Origin: Geotalea uraniireducens Rf4
GTDB taxonomy: Bacteria; Desulfobacterota; Desulfuromonadia; Geobacterales; Geobacteraceae
Direction of reading: 5' to 3'
DNA: 32,000 nt
Assembly: GCF_000016745.1 (NCBI RefSeq)
Contig: NC_009483.1
Coordinates: 3,300,001-3,332,000, forward strand
Part shown: positions 15,722 through 26,513 of the stretch, in pieces
Position numbering within the stretch: the stretch's first letter is position 1
How the letters are laid out: each line of letters begins with the position of its first letter
Program-made: the position numbers and the translations under genes
Notes under the pieces: model-generated
The model's input: the letters and a program-made list of their open reading frames with translations, nothing else
What the model was told of the DNA's origin: nothing
The model's database searches: none

Positions 15722-16852
15722 TCAACAGTTGGTGCCGTCCGATACCAGCCGCTCGAAGAAGTCGTCGTACTCGGGCGCCATCCTTTGCCAGTCATAGCGG
15801 TCAACAAAGCCCGTCAGCGGTTGCCGACTCGCTTCTCCACAATTGCGCAGCAATCCCTCCAGTTTCACCCCGAGATCAGCAGTATCTTCGTAAAAAAAAC
15901 GGGAATGGTGTTCATTCGGTATATGCTCAGGATAGGCGAGCCGCTTGGGCAGCAAGGGGTAACAATTGCAATATATCGCCTGCACGACACTGGCGCCGAA
16001 AAAATCATGTCGCGATGTGACCGGAAGAATATCGGCCAGCCACAACCATTCGGCATAGTCGGCAAAGCTTTTCACGAACCCGAACCGGACAACCCTGTTT
16101 CCCATTCGCTCCCTCACCTCACGAAAAATCGCCGGGGCATCAGAGAAACTCTCACCGAGGATTGCCACCTGAAAATCCAGGCCGGCGGCGGCTGACCGTT
16201 CGAGGACAGCAAAAAACTCCTCCGGGTTCTTGTCGTATTCCCATCGATGGTTCCACAAAATAAGGGGCGGCTTTCCGTCGCCCCTTTCAATTTTTGCCGG
16301 ACGATACGGATCGAACCTGCGCAAATCCATCCCCAGGTGCAGTACCCGGCATTTTTGCCGGATCATTTCCACTGTGCCGAGTTCATTTTTGTCCGGAAAC
16401 GATTTAAGGAAACGGGGGAGCTCATCGACAAAGGAATGGAAATGATAGGAGGAGTTGAACAGCACTGCATCTGCGGCCAGAGCGCTTGCAAAGTTGATGA
16501 ACGCGTAGTGCGCATCCCTCTTCAGCGCCTGGTCGCGGTCGTCAGGTGACCAGGGATAGGTAAGCTGATTTTCGTGAAAATAGAGTGAGGTTTTACACTG
16601 TGCCGACTTGCCCCGTGTCAGGGTCAGAAACGTCGTCAGGTCGAGCATATCGGTGGCCAGCAGCAGGTCGGGGTGAAACGAAGAGTCAATAAATTTGCGC
16701 GCCAGGGTCACGGCACCGCCATGCATCCGCCATTTCCAGTGTCGGCCGGGAAGGCTCAGGATCTCAACCTGGTGGCGGCTGCAACCGGCATATTCCCTGG
16801 CCCATGACGCATGGGAGCCGGTAAAATATGGTTCCAACAAGGTGATTTTCAT
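15722..16852 (-). CDS. DUF3524 + GT4-type glycosyltransferase, homologue of eukaryotic GTDC1
   Basis: 376 aa. The blocks YFTGSHASWA, HWKWRMHGGA, LYFHENQLTYP, LWNHRWEYDKNPEEFF and SRHDFFGASVVQAIYCNCYPLLPKRLAYPEHIP match my recollection of human GTDC1 ([56 protein letters not shown]). The start is 18 nt after the rodA stop. Confidence 0.85.
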   Translation of the reverse strand: MKITLLEPYFTGSHASWAREYAGCSRHQVEILSLPGRHWKWRMHGGAVTLARKFIDSSFHPDLLLATDMLDLTTFLTLTRGKSAQCKTSLYFHENQLTYPWSPDDRDQALKRDAHYAFINFASALAADAVLFNSSYHFHSFVDELPRFLKSFPDKNELGTVEMIRQKCRVLHLGMDLRRFDPYRPAKIERGDGKPPLILWNHRWEYDKNPEEFFAVLERSAAAGLDFQVAILGESFSDAPAIFREVRERMGNRVVRFGFVKSFADYAEWLWLADILPVTSRHDFFGASVVQAIYCNCYPLLPKRLAYPEHIPNEHHSRFFYEDTADLGVKLEGLLRNCGEASRQPLTGFVDRYDWQRMAPEYDDFFERLVSDGTNC

Positions 16853-16870
16853 ACCTTATCTACCCCATCA

Positions 16871-17971
16871 TCAGAACATGAACCGGCGCATGCTTATGTT
16901 GAGCAGTATCCCCACACCGACCATGGAGGTAACCATGGAGGTCCCGCCGTAGGAAAAGAACGGCAACGGTACGCCTACCACCGGGAATAGGCCGATCACC
17001 ATCCCCATATTGATGACGATGTGCCAGAAGAGCATGGCGGTAACCCCCACAGCCAGCATACTGCCGAAGCTGTCGTTGCACCTCAGGGCAATTTGCAACC
17101 CCCACAGTACGAGAAAAAGATAGAGGATCAGCATCACCAGGCAACCGACAAATCCCCACTCCTCGGAAAAAACCGAAAAAGCGAAATCAGTGTGCTGTTC
17201 GGGAAGGAACCGCAGCTGACTCTGGGTACCGTGCAGGAAACCTTTGCCTATGATTCCACCTGAGCCGACGGCTATCTTGCTTTGGATAATGTGATAACCG
17301 CTCCCCAAGGGGTCCTGCTCCGGGTCGATAAAGTTGATGATTCTATTTTTCTGATAATCGCGCAGATAATAATGCCAGCCACCATAGATAATCGGCAGAG
17401 CTGCAAGGATCACGGCTACGATTGCCGTCCACCTCACCCTTACATACATGAGCATGGAACAGGCAATCAGCGAAACCAGTATGGCTGTCCCCAGGTCTGG
17501 TTGCTTCATGATAAGAAGTGCCGGCGCGCCGAGGATGAGCAACGGATAAAAGAGGTTTTTCAGGGTGAGTCCGTTAAAAACCGGGTATCGGTTGAAAAAT
17601 CTGGCAAAGGTTATGATGATGACGATCTTCATCGGCTCCGACGGCTGGATGTTGAAAAAGCCCAGATGCAGCCAGCGGGTAGCTCCCATGGATGTCTTCC
17701 CGGCCAAAAGCACCAGCACCAGGAGCAGCACCACCCCACCATAGACCCAGTAGGCGATATCCTCCAGGAGGTGATAATCAAGGCTGCAAGCCACGACGCA
17801 GAGGAGCACGCCGGCAACTATCCAGTAAATCTGCTTGACGAAATAAGTGGTGCCGACCTGCATGTAGGAGGCCGTTGCACTATAGATATTCAGCACGCCG
17901 ATGGCGGAAATCAGCAGCACCAACCCCAACAGCGTCCAGTCAAAATTTGTAAACAACCTTCTGTCAAACAT
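16871..17971 (-). CDS. rodA: Rod shape-determining protein RodA (SEDS family peptidoglycan polymerase)
   Basis: 366 aa polytopic membrane protein with FtsW/RodA/SpoVE motifs (PDLGTA, HTDFAFSV..EEWGF, LPFFSYGGTS). It follows mrdA. Confidence 0.95.
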   Translation of the reverse strand: MFDRRLFTNFDWTLLGLVLLISAIGVLNIYSATASYMQVGTTYFVKQIYWIVAGVLLCVVACSLDYHLLEDIAYWVYGGVVLLLVLVLLAGKTSMGATRWLHLGFFNIQPSEPMKIVIIITFARFFNRYPVFNGLTLKNLFYPLLILGAPALLIMKQPDLGTAILVSLIACSMLMYVRVRWTAIVAVILAALPIIYGGWHYYLRDYQKNRIINFIDPEQDPLGSGYHIIQSKIAVGSGGIIGKGFLHGTQSQLRFLPEQHTDFAFSVFSEEWGFVGCLVMLILYLFLVLWGLQIALRCNDSFGSMLAVGVTAMLFWHIVINMGMVIGLFPVVGVPLPFFSYGGTSMVTSMVGVGILLNISMRRFMF

Positions 17972-17985
17972 GTGGAACCTCTAGA

Positions 17986-19896
17986 TTACTCTTCACTATT
18001 CACGGTTTTTTGTTCTTCCTTGCCCGCTTCAGGAGCCACCTCGGCCGCATCAACCGCATCTTCTTTCTTGACCGGTTTCCTGATTATTCCCTTACCTTCA
18101 AAATATGCCCGCAGGATACGGCCGGCAATAGGAGCCGCAGCTCCGCCGCCGTGCTCGCCATGTTCGACGATCACGCCTACTGCCACTTCCGGCTTGTCAT
18201 AGGGGGCAAATCCGACAAAAAGGGCATGATCCCGGAACTGGTAAGGAACATTCCCCTGGTTGTCACGCAATTTGACCACCTGGGACGTGCCGGTTTTTCC
18301 TGCAACCTTGACCTCGTAAAGACGCGCCATGCCCCCTGTGCCGCGGGACTCGTTGACAACGGCCAAGAGGCCGTCCTTAATCGCCCTGTAACTGGCGGGC
18401 TTCATGCCGATCCTGGCGATTACCCGGGGCTTGAACTCCTTGACCACTTTCCCGTCGGGATCGATTATCCGTTTCACCAACTGCGGCCGGTAGATCGTTC
18501 CTTCATTGGCGACAGTGGCTATCATGGAGGCCAGCTGAATGGGGGTTGTCAGCACATACCCCTGGCCGATGGCAACAGGAAGCGTCTCGCCGCGATACCA
18601 CTTCTTACCGTATTTTTTTTCCTTCCAGGCAGCGGTGGGAATCATTCCGCCCTTCTCGTTATCCAGCCCGATCCCCAACGGTTCCCCTAGGCCGAATTTT
18701 TTCGCGTAGACAGCTATCTTGTCCACCCCCAGGCGTTCTCCAAGCTGGTAGAAGTAGACATCGCAGGACTCTTTCAGGGCCTGTTTCAGGTTTACCCTCC
18801 CGTGCCCCTTCTTATTCCAGCATTTGAAGGTATTGTTACCCACCTTGTAAGAGCCGCCGCAATCGACAGTGGTGTTCTCGTCGATAAGTCCCTCTTCGAG
18901 GCCGGCCAAGGCAGTGATCACCTTAAAGGTCGAACCGGGAGGGTACTGGCCTTTGAGCGCCTTGTTCTCCAGCGGATGCCGTTTATCCTCAAGGTATGAT
19001 TTCCATTGTTCCGGCGACATCCGTCCGGTGAAGAGCGACGGGTCAAAACCGGGATTGCTGGAAAAGGCGAGGATTTCACCGCTATTGACATCCATTACCA
19101 CGGCGGCGCCGGCCTTATCGCCAAAGGCCTGTTCCGTCTGTTTCTGCAGATCGGAATCGATGGTCAAGACCAGGCTGTTGCCGATAGTCGGGTTTGTTTC
19201 GGTGACGGTCCGTAAAAACCTCCCCCTTGCGTCCACCTCGATCTGCCGTCCGCCGTCGGCGCCGTGCAGTTCCATCTCCCAGCTCCGCTCAATGCCGCTT
19301 TTGCCCACATAGTCACCGGCGTTGTATTCCCTGAACTGCTCGATATCCATCTCCGACTCGCTTATCTCGCCCAGATAACCAAGCAGGTGCGCCGCAAGCA
19401 TGCCGTTGGCATACTCCCTGACCGGCTTCATCTCGATATCGACACCGGCAAGTCGCAGCCGGTTCTCTTCGAGAAACTCCAGTTGGTCGCGGGTAATCCC
19501 CGACGCAACGATAATGGGGTAATATTTTGCCCGCCCCTTCCCCTTCTGCCATTTTCCCAGCAACTCAGCCCGATCCAGGTTGAGATACCTGGACAGGCTG
19601 TCAATGAGCGCATCCTTGTCCTTCACATCCTGCGGTATTACCGCTACACTGAACGAAGGTGAGTTGCTCACGATTACCTTGCCGTTACGGTCGAGGATCG
19701 CTCCCCGCGGGGCGGCGACCGGAACGAACCGCAGCCGGTTGTTCTCCGATTGATCGAGAAGGTTTTCAGACTCAAGGATCTGCAGGTACCAGAGCCTGGT
19801 CAGGAGCAGGAAAAACATGGCAGCTGCCGTAATGGAAAGGCCGAAAATACGTCTATTGGGCTCCCCGTTTTCCCGGATATAATGCTGATCCTTCAT
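17986..19896 (-). CDS. mrdA: Penicillin-binding protein 2 (elongasome transpeptidase)
   Basis: 636 aa with an N-terminal TM and PBP dimerisation domain. Transpeptidase motifs are STFK, SCD(SxN-like) and KTGT. ATGA overlap with mreD. Confidence 0.95.
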   Translation of the reverse strand: MKDQHYIRENGEPNRRIFGLSITAAAMFFLLLTRLWYLQILESENLLDQSENNRLRFVPVAAPRGAILDRNGKVIVSNSPSFSVAVIPQDVKDKDALIDSLSRYLNLDRAELLGKWQKGKGRAKYYPIIVASGITRDQLEFLEENRLRLAGVDIEMKPVREYANGMLAAHLLGYLGEISESEMDIEQFREYNAGDYVGKSGIERSWEMELHGADGGRQIEVDARGRFLRTVTETNPTIGNSLVLTIDSDLQKQTEQAFGDKAGAAVVMDVNSGEILAFSSNPGFDPSLFTGRMSPEQWKSYLEDKRHPLENKALKGQYPPGSTFKVITALAGLEEGLIDENTTVDCGGSYKVGNNTFKCWNKKGHGRVNLKQALKESCDVYFYQLGERLGVDKIAVYAKKFGLGEPLGIGLDNEKGGMIPTAAWKEKKYGKKWYRGETLPVAIGQGYVLTTPIQLASMIATVANEGTIYRPQLVKRIIDPDGKVVKEFKPRVIARIGMKPASYRAIKDGLLAVVNESRGTGGMARLYEVKVAGKTGTSQVVKLRDNQGNVPYQFRDHALFVGFAPYDKPEVAVGVIVEHGEHGGGAAAPIAGRILRAYFEGKGIIRKPVKKEDAVDAAEVAPEAGKEEQKTVNSEE

Positions 19897-20381
19897 CGGT
19901 TTTCCTCCTGAGCGACGGAAACCGGAAAAGTGAAGATCAGGGAGGCGATGAGGGTATTAACGAGCGCCTGGGGAAGGAGTGACGGCAACAGGGTAGTGTA
20001 GATACTGTTTGCAGCCGAAAAGATCAGCAGCAGCAGCAGATCCAGCAGACCGCAGATTACGGAGGCAAGAAAAACCACGAGGATCATCAGGTAGCGGCTG
20101 TCGGTATAGAGACGGTCCGAAGTTTTGTCGATGAGGAGATAGATAAAGAGGTATGAAAAACCGCTAAGCCCCAGGTAGAGACCGCTGAAACAGTCATGGA
20201 GGAGCCCCAGGGAAAAAGCGGCCAGGCCGCGAAAGCGGGCGGCTGAACGGAGCCCCAGATAAACGACGATGATAATCAGCAGGTTAGGCTGGAAAGGGTC
20301 GCTCAAATAGGGCGATAAGAGCGTTACCTGAGCCAGCACAGCGGCAATGATGATAAAACAGAGCCTTACAAATCTAATCAT
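19893..20381 (-). CDS. mreD: Rod shape-determining protein MreD
   Basis: Small polytopic membrane protein between mreC and mrdA. The ATG at 20381 (MIRFVRL...) overlaps the mreC stop by 8 nt. The track start at 20414 is an upstream extension. Confidence 0.85.
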   Translation of the reverse strand: MIRFVRLCFIIIAAVLAQVTLLSPYLSDPFQPNLLIIIVVYLGLRSAARFRGLAAFSLGLLHDCFSGLYLGLSGFSYLFIYLLIDKTSDRLYTDSRYLMILVVFLASVICGLLDLLLLLIFSAANSIYTTLLPSLLPQALVNTLIASLIFTFPVSVAQEENR

Positions 20382-21219
20382 GTTTCTGCTGGAGAAGCAC
20401 CAGCACCTCTTCAAGCCTGGCTATGTTAACGGTCGGACGCACCTCGACGGTCTGAAATATCCCGTACGTCCCCTTTTTCACCATCGTCACCTCGCCGACA
20501 TTCAGACCCTTGGGAAACACGCCGCCAATGCCCGAGCTGATGACGACATCACCAACCTTCACGTCTTCATCACGGAGGGCGAATTCCAGGGAACAGCGGC
20601 CGCCCCCCGTACCCTTCACCACCCCTCTGGCTCTGGAGCGCTGAACGACAGCTGCTACGGCACTGGCATGGTCCGTGAGCAGAAGCACTCGCGAACTATT
20701 GGCCGCCACCTTGATCAACCTGCCGACGACCCCGTCTACTGCAACAACAGGCATCCCTTCAGAAAGACCGTCTGCCTCGCCCCGGTCGATAACGAGTGTC
20801 TTGAACCAGGGCGAACCATCTTCGCCGATTACGGAAGCGGCCAAAGCGGGGGTTTGCAGGGAGGTCTTCAATTCCAGCAACCTCTTCAGCCGTTCATTGG
20901 CGATCAGCGCCTCACGATTCTCCATCTGGCGCGTATTCAGTATCTTTATGCTCTGCCGCAGTTCCTTGTTTTCCTTGCGCACATTAACCAGGTCCAGGTA
21001 ATCGGACCAGACTACGGAGACAAAACCGTTGCCCGCAGCGCCTATTCTCAATATGGGCGCCATAACATTCATCACTGTCCGTTCAAAGGGGTTGGCATGC
21101 TCCTTATTCTTCAGGTTGAACGAATAGAAAATAAGGGCGACAAAGAGAAATATCCCCGTGAACAGATGAATCTTGTATTTGCTGAACAGTTCTCTCATGC
21201 GGCGCTCTGAAAACGTCAA
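20374..21219 (-). CDS. mreC: Rod shape-determining protein MreC
   Basis: 281 aa with an N-terminal TM, a coiled-coil (ENKELRQSIKIL...) and a beta-barrel core (VVAVDGVVGRLIKV...). The track start is a TTG at 21219. An ATG at 21198 is the alternative. Confidence 0.9.
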   Translation of the reverse strand: MTFSERRMRELFSKYKIHLFTGIFLFVALIFYSFNLKNKEHANPFERTVMNVMAPILRIGAAGNGFVSVVWSDYLDLVNVRKENKELRQSIKILNTRQMENREALIANERLKRLLELKTSLQTPALAASVIGEDGSPWFKTLVIDRGEADGLSEGMPVVAVDGVVGRLIKVAANSSRVLLLTDHASAVAAVVQRSRARGVVKGTGGGRCSLEFALRDEDVKVGDVVISSGIGGVFPKGLNVGEVTMVKKGTYGIFQTVEVRPTVNIARLEEVLVLLQQKHD

Positions 21220-21278
21220 GGGGAGACATAAGTCCCCCCCGACACTCTTATCCTATTGAATAGTAGACAATCACGCGT

Positions 21279-21767
21279 TCAATCCAGCACAAACGGCGAT
21301 CCGACAGCCTCTTCATGGCGAATCTCGTCAACCGGCAGCTTCTTCCCTTCCCCGGCATAGAGCTTGTTGGGGCCGTTAAAGACGATGCCGTTGTCAATGC
21401 CGACATTCTTGTAAGCATGAACCACACCCGGCGGGACGACCATCATCATCGGCAGGTCCACCCCGGTATAAACGACCTGTTTCACGCCGTATGTGGGAGA
21501 GTCCTTGCGGCGGTCCCACAGGTATACCTTGAAATTGGAGGGGCCGATGAAGCAGAAATAATCGGTCTGTTCCACATGCTCATGGGGACCGCGGGCTACA
21601 CCAGGCTGGGTCATGGAGATATACGCCATGACCGGCATGATCCCGGCGTCCAGCTCATCGGCTCGAAACAACTCGGCAAGCCAGCCGCGCTCGTCAAGAT
21701 ATTTGCCGAGGGGTTTTACGATCACATCGTGGATTTTGCCCTTTTTGAATTCCATTGCATTGCTCAT
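21279..21767 (-). CDS. RmlC-like cupin (dTDP-4-dehydrorhamnose 3,5-epimerase family)
   Basis: [11 protein letters not shown]...GVARGPHEH...SPTYG...VPPGVVHAY resembles the RmlC fold motifs. ATG at 21767 forms an ATGA overlap with the rfbA stop. Confidence 0.75.
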   Translation of the reverse strand: MSNAMEFKKGKIHDVIVKPLGKYLDERGWLAELFRADELDAGIMPVMAYISMTQPGVARGPHEHVEQTDYFCFIGPSNFKVYLWDRRKDSPTYGVKQVVYTGVDLPMMMVVPPGVVHAYKNVGIDNGIVFNGPNKLYAGEGKKLPVDEIRHEEAVGSPFVLD

Positions 21768-22669
21768 GATTTCCTGCTCCCTCCGCAAAGTTCGCTCTCG
21801 TTGTAGACGCGCACAAGGTAGTCGCGATAACTGGAATTGGGGGTGTCCTCGATCGCAGCCGCCATACCCTTGCAGTCGAGAAATCCCATACGCAGGGCAA
21901 CCTCCTCAAGGCAGGCGATCTTCAACCCCTGCCGCGCCTCCAGGGTGCCGATGAAGTGACTCGCTTCCAGAAGACTCTGGTGGGTGCCGGTATCGAGCCA
22001 GGCTATTCCCCGCCCCAGTTTCTCCACCTTCAGTTCGCCACGGCGGAGGTATTCCAGGTTGATGTCCGTTATTTCCAGCTCCCCGCGGGGAGAAGGCTTC
22101 ATATTCTTCGCAATATCGACTACCTTGCCGTCATAGAGATAAAGACCCGGCACAGCAAAGTTGGTCTTTGGCTTGTTCGGCTTTTCCTCGATGCTTACGG
22201 CGTTTCCCTGGCCGTCGAACTCGACTACGCCGTAACGTTCCGGGTCCTGTACATAATAACCAAAGATCTTCGCCCCACCCTCGAACTCGGCGACCGACCG
22301 GTCCAGCCCCATCTTGCCGTAAAAGATGTTGTCGCCGAGGATAAGGCAGACAGGGTCATTACCGACAAAATCCTCTCCCACCAGGAAGGCCTGGGCAATC
22401 CCCTTCGGCTCGGGCTGCACCTTGTAGGTGAGACGGATGCCCCACCGTGAGCCGTCACCGAGGAGCGCCTCGAAGCGCGGTGTGTCGTGTGGCGTGGAGA
22501 TGATGAGAATGTCGTCGATCCCGGCCATCATCAGCGTGGCAAGGGGATAGTAGATCATCGGCTTATCGTAGACCGGTTGAAGCTGCTTGCTGGCCACAAG
22601 GGTCAACGGGTAAAGCCTGCTTCCCGCTCCGCCGGCGAGCAATATGCCTTTTTTGATACCTTTGTTCAT
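21764..22669 (-). CDS. rfbA: Glucose-1-phosphate thymidylyltransferase
   Basis: From the ATG at 22669: [23 protein letters not shown]...[15 protein letters not shown]...GLE..D.G.. is the canonical RmlA N-terminus. The track's 24-aa extension was dropped. Confidence 0.9.
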   Translation of the reverse strand: MNKGIKKGILLAGGAGSRLYPLTLVASKQLQPVYDKPMIYYPLATLMMAGIDDILIISTPHDTPRFEALLGDGSRWGIRLTYKVQPEPKGIAQAFLVGEDFVGNDPVCLILGDNIFYGKMGLDRSVAEFEGGAKIFGYYVQDPERYGVVEFDGQGNAVSIEEKPNKPKTNFAVPGLYLYDGKVVDIAKNMKPSPRGELEITDINLEYLRRGELKVEKLGRGIAWLDTGTHQSLLEASHFIGTLEARQGLKIACLEEVALRMGFLDCKGMAAAIEDTPNSSYRDYLVRVYNESELCGGSRKS

Positions 22670-22759
22670 TGGCGCCCTTTCGGTGATTATCCTGTATAAA
22701 CCTTTATTTTTTAACACATCCCAGGGAATATCGTCAAACACTTAATCCCGTAACGATAA

Positions 22760-22906
22760 TTGAACACGGATCAACATGGATCCAGACTGATTATCACAGA
22801 TAAATAAAAGACATATCCCGGCTTAATGCGACAACCTTTTGGGTTTATACTCTCAGTCGTATAAATCCGTGAAAATCCGTATAAATCAGATTTGATCCGT
22901 GTTCAA
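22760..22906. repeat. Inverted-repeat-bounded element with 10-bp-phased ATCCGTR heptamers
   Basis: Perfect 15-nt inverted repeat: TTGAACACGGATCAA (22760-22774) with TTGATCCGTGTTCAA (22892-22906). ATCCGTG/ATCCGTA/ATCAGAT/ATCCGTG occur at 22865, 22875, 22885 and 22895. Confidence 0.65.
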
Positions 22907-22921
22907 ATGCTTATTCTCAGG

Positions 22922-23491
22922 TTACGCTGCTGATGCATCGACAATCGCCCGGGTCGCGGCCAGTATATCGTCATAGGCCTTGACCCCCTCGGGAAGGGCG
23001 GCCTCTTCCCCGGCGCCATAACCGGTCCTCACCAGAAGCGGCAGACACCCCGCCTTGAGCCCGGCCTCCACATCCGCCAGCTTGTCGCCGATGATGAACG
23101 ATGCGGAGAGGTCGATGGACCAGTCATCAGCCGCCTGGATAAGCATCCCCGGCAACGGCTTGCGGCAGGCGCATTCCTTCCGGTAGTCGCCGATGCCGTG
23201 CTGCGGATGGTGGGGACAGAAATAACATGCGTCTACCGACGCACCGAAGCGTGACAGTTCGCGTTCCATATGGCGATGGATCTCTTCCAGTGCGGCCTCG
23301 TCGTAATACCCCCTGGCAATGCCCGACTGGTTCGTCACCACGATCACCAGTAAACCGGCATCGTTCAGAAGCCTTATCGCCTCAGCTGCGCCGGGGATGA
23401 ATTCGAACTCCTCAACCCGGTGCAGGTATTCCTTTTCCACATTGATGGTGCCGTCACGATCAAGAAATACGGCCCGCCGCAGCTTTGTCAT
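22922..23491 (-). CDS. gmhB: D-glycero-D-manno-heptose 1,7-bisphosphate phosphatase (HAD, GmhB-type)
   Basis: From the ATG at 23491: MTKLRRAVFLDRDGTIN...VVTNQSGIARG..., with the C..CPHHP...C.CRKP zinc motif and GDKLADVEAG. The track's GTG start at 23527 lies in the repeat array. Confidence 0.85.
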   Translation of the reverse strand: MTKLRRAVFLDRDGTINVEKEYLHRVEEFEFIPGAAEAIRLLNDAGLLVIVVTNQSGIARGYYDEAALEEIHRHMERELSRFGASVDACYFCPHHPQHGIGDYRKECACRKPLPGMLIQAADDWSIDLSASFIIGDKLADVEAGLKAGCLPLLVRTGYGAGEEAALPEGVKAYDDILAATRAIVDASAA

Positions 23492-23519
23492 ACCAATATA
23501 TCCGTTCTCAGTTCCAGGT

Positions 23520-23700
23520 TCAACCACCGACCATCAACCGTTTTCCCCATCGCCCGCCGACCACCGACCATCAACCGCTTTTCTCCCACCGACCACCGCC
23601 CCCCGACCATCAACCGCTTTTCTCCCACCGACCGCCGACTACCGACCATCAACCGTTTTTCCCCCACCGACTGCCGACCATCAACCGCTTCACCCGAACA
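23520..23700. repeat. Tandem array, 5 units of 32-39 bp, core CCGACCATCAACCG + T/C-rich + ACCGACC-type heptamers
   Basis: The core occurs at 23527, 23564, 23603, 23642 and 23674. The spacers between cores are related to each other. The array abuts and overlaps the gmhA stop (23690). Confidence 0.85.
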
Positions 23701-24259
23701 ACCGCTTTTCCAGCAGGTCGCAGATGATATGGATGATGGTGATATGCCCCTCCTGCACCCGCGGCGTATCGTCACAGGAAACGGTAAGATCCACGTCGAC
23801 GATCTCCCTGATGGTGCCGCCATCCTTCCCGAGCAGGCCGATGGTCCGGCAGCCGACTTGGTCGGCGAGCAGGAGGGCGCCATGGACGTTCTTCGAGGTG
23901 CCGCTCGTGGAAATTCCGACCACCACGTCCCCCTCGCAGGCCAAGGCTTCGATCTGGCGTCTGAATATCTGCTCGAATCCGTAATCATTACCGATGGCAG
24001 TAAGTATGGAGGTGTCGGTCGTCAGGGCAATGGCAGGCAGGCCGCGACGCTCCATCTTGAAACGGCCGACGATCTCCGCGGCAAAATGCTGGGCATCGGC
24101 CGCCGAGCCGCCATTACCCATCACCAGCAGCTTCTTCCCGTTCCCCAGAGCATCGACGAGAAGATCGGCGACAGCGGCGATCTTCGGTGCGAGTTCCCCC
24201 TTAACCGATTCCATCACCTTTTGATGGGAATCGAGCTGAGCCTTGATCTCATCTATCAT
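23690..24259 (-). CDS. gmhA: Phosphoheptose isomerase (SIS domain)
   Basis: 189 aa. [24 protein letters not shown]...[21 protein letters not shown]...[13 protein letters not shown] are canonical GmhA motifs. Confidence 0.9.
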   Translation of the reverse strand: MIDEIKAQLDSHQKVMESVKGELAPKIAAVADLLVDALGNGKKLLVMGNGGSAADAQHFAAEIVGRFKMERRGLPAIALTTDTSILTAIGNDYGFEQIFRRQIEALACEGDVVVGISTSGTSKNVHGALLLADQVGCRTIGLLGKDGGTIREIVDVDLTVSCDDTPRVQEGHITIIHIICDLLEKRLFG

Positions 24260-25293
24260 TGCAACCTCCTGATCCTGTCTTCAAATTCCGCAAAAGTCAA
24301 CGGACTCTCCACGCCGGCAAAAGTTATGCCATCGATGCCGGCAACCACCACCGTATCCGGCCGTTCCGACACAATGCGGGCCAGTATCTTACGCGCCCTG
24401 GCGGCTGTGCAAAACAGCGGCAGCGGCTCTATGCGAATATTTTCATGGAGAGATACGTAGCCGGCCTTAACCATCTCCTTGTACAAAGCCGAATGGACGA
24501 CGATGCTGAAAAAATTCCCCTGACGCGCACCCTTCAAGAGCAATTCAATCTTTTGTCCCACCACAGCCAGGTCAGCACCCTTCGGCATAATCATGCAATA
24601 TGCCGCAGCCCCCCCCCAGCTTTCACGAAACTGGGAAATCGTCCTCTGCATCATTTCCTCACGCCTGACGACGGAGCCGAGCGTCACCTCCTCGACGAAA
24701 TAAACCGTCCCGCCGGAAACGCTGAAGGTAAGAAAGCCGGCCCGGCAGGCCCGGCGGGAATAATCCTTAAGGCACCAGAGGCCGCCGTCCATCTGCTCGT
24801 CAAAACCGCCGATTGCGTCGTAGAGCTCTTTTTTTATCAACATGGCGGCAAAAGAACCATGGCACACTTCACGATACGGACCGGACTGAGAGCCATGGGC
24901 TTCGCTCTTTGCATGCGCAGCGTTGACAAGCCGGGGGACGATCAGACCGGCATCCGGCCTCTGCCGTGCAAACTCCAGCAACGGCTCCAACCACCCGGCG
25001 CTCGCCAAAGAGGTATTCCTGACCACGGCAAGGTATTCGGCCGATCCCTTTTCCAGCCCCCTGTTCAGGGCCTTTACCTCCCCCTGGTTGACATCGTTGC
25101 GCAAAAGGAGCGCCCGGTCGTCAAGCCCTTCCGCAAACTCCTGCAAAAGTCTTTCCGTTTCCCGGTCGCTGCCGTTGTCCACCATTATGAAGCGGGCATT
25201 GGGGGAATAATTGAGAAGGCTCACGAGGCAGTTACGGGTTTCAATCGGCCTGTTCCAGACAGGCACAATGATGTCGAGTGCCGGGTTATTCAT
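24256..25293 (-). CDS. Family 2 glycosyltransferase with ~110-aa C-terminal extension
   Basis: [14 protein letters not shown]......[12 protein letters not shown] is a GT2 N-terminus. ATGA overlap with gmhA. Confidence 0.85.
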   Translation of the reverse strand: MNNPALDIIVPVWNRPIETRNCLVSLLNYSPNARFIMVDNGSDRETERLLQEFAEGLDDRALLLRNDVNQGEVKALNRGLEKGSAEYLAVVRNTSLASAGWLEPLLEFARQRPDAGLIVPRLVNAAHAKSEAHGSQSGPYREVCHGSFAAMLIKKELYDAIGGFDEQMDGGLWCLKDYSRRACRAGFLTFSVSGGTVYFVEEVTLGSVVRREEMMQRTISQFRESWGGAAAYCMIMPKGADLAVVGQKIELLLKGARQGNFFSIVVHSALYKEMVKAGYVSLHENIRIEPLPLFCTAARARKILARIVSERPDTVVVAGIDGITFAGVESPLTFAEFEDRIRRLQ

Positions 25294-25393
25294 TGCCGTT
25301 CCGGTATGCGGATAATAAGCGTGTGTAAAATTTCAGAATGAAATGACTAAGGCAGGGCATAGGAAAATAAATACGGCTTAAGTAGATGGCAAA

Positions 25394-25432
25394 GGGCAAA
25401 AGGTGAAAACTTTCCGTTTTCACCCTTTGCCC
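25394..25432 (-). terminator. 17-bp hairpin downstream of mreB (possible terminator/attenuator; weak U-tract)
   Basis: GGGCAAAAGGTGAAAAC-TTTCC-GTTTTCACCCTTTGCCC with one mismatch. The left arm continues a heptamer series (GGCAAAG GGCAAAA GGTGAAA). It lies 16 nt after the mreB stop. Confidence 0.45.
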
Positions 25433-25448
25433 TCAGCTTGACTTGTCA

Positions 25449-26513
<1,065 letters not shown>

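Noticed and set aside
23520-23700. Possible short CRISPR array (a 14-bp core repeated five times at a period of about 37 bp).
   Set aside because: The sequences between the cores are themselves related to each other (T/C-rich plus ACCGACC-type heptamers). The repeat is too short, the period varies from 32 to 39 bp, no cas genes or leader are present, and the array sits inside an operon spacer. It is a tandem repeat, not a CRISPR array.
24259-25341. 360-aa plus-strand ORF antisense to the GT2 glycosyltransferase. The same situation applies to 2497-3297, 9445-10116, 17282-18202, 18010-18690, 20347-21210 and 23420-24460.
   Set aside because: All are mirror frames of confidently identified minus-strand genes. 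They have no recognisable motifs and no SD sequences, and their composition is typical of antisense reading.
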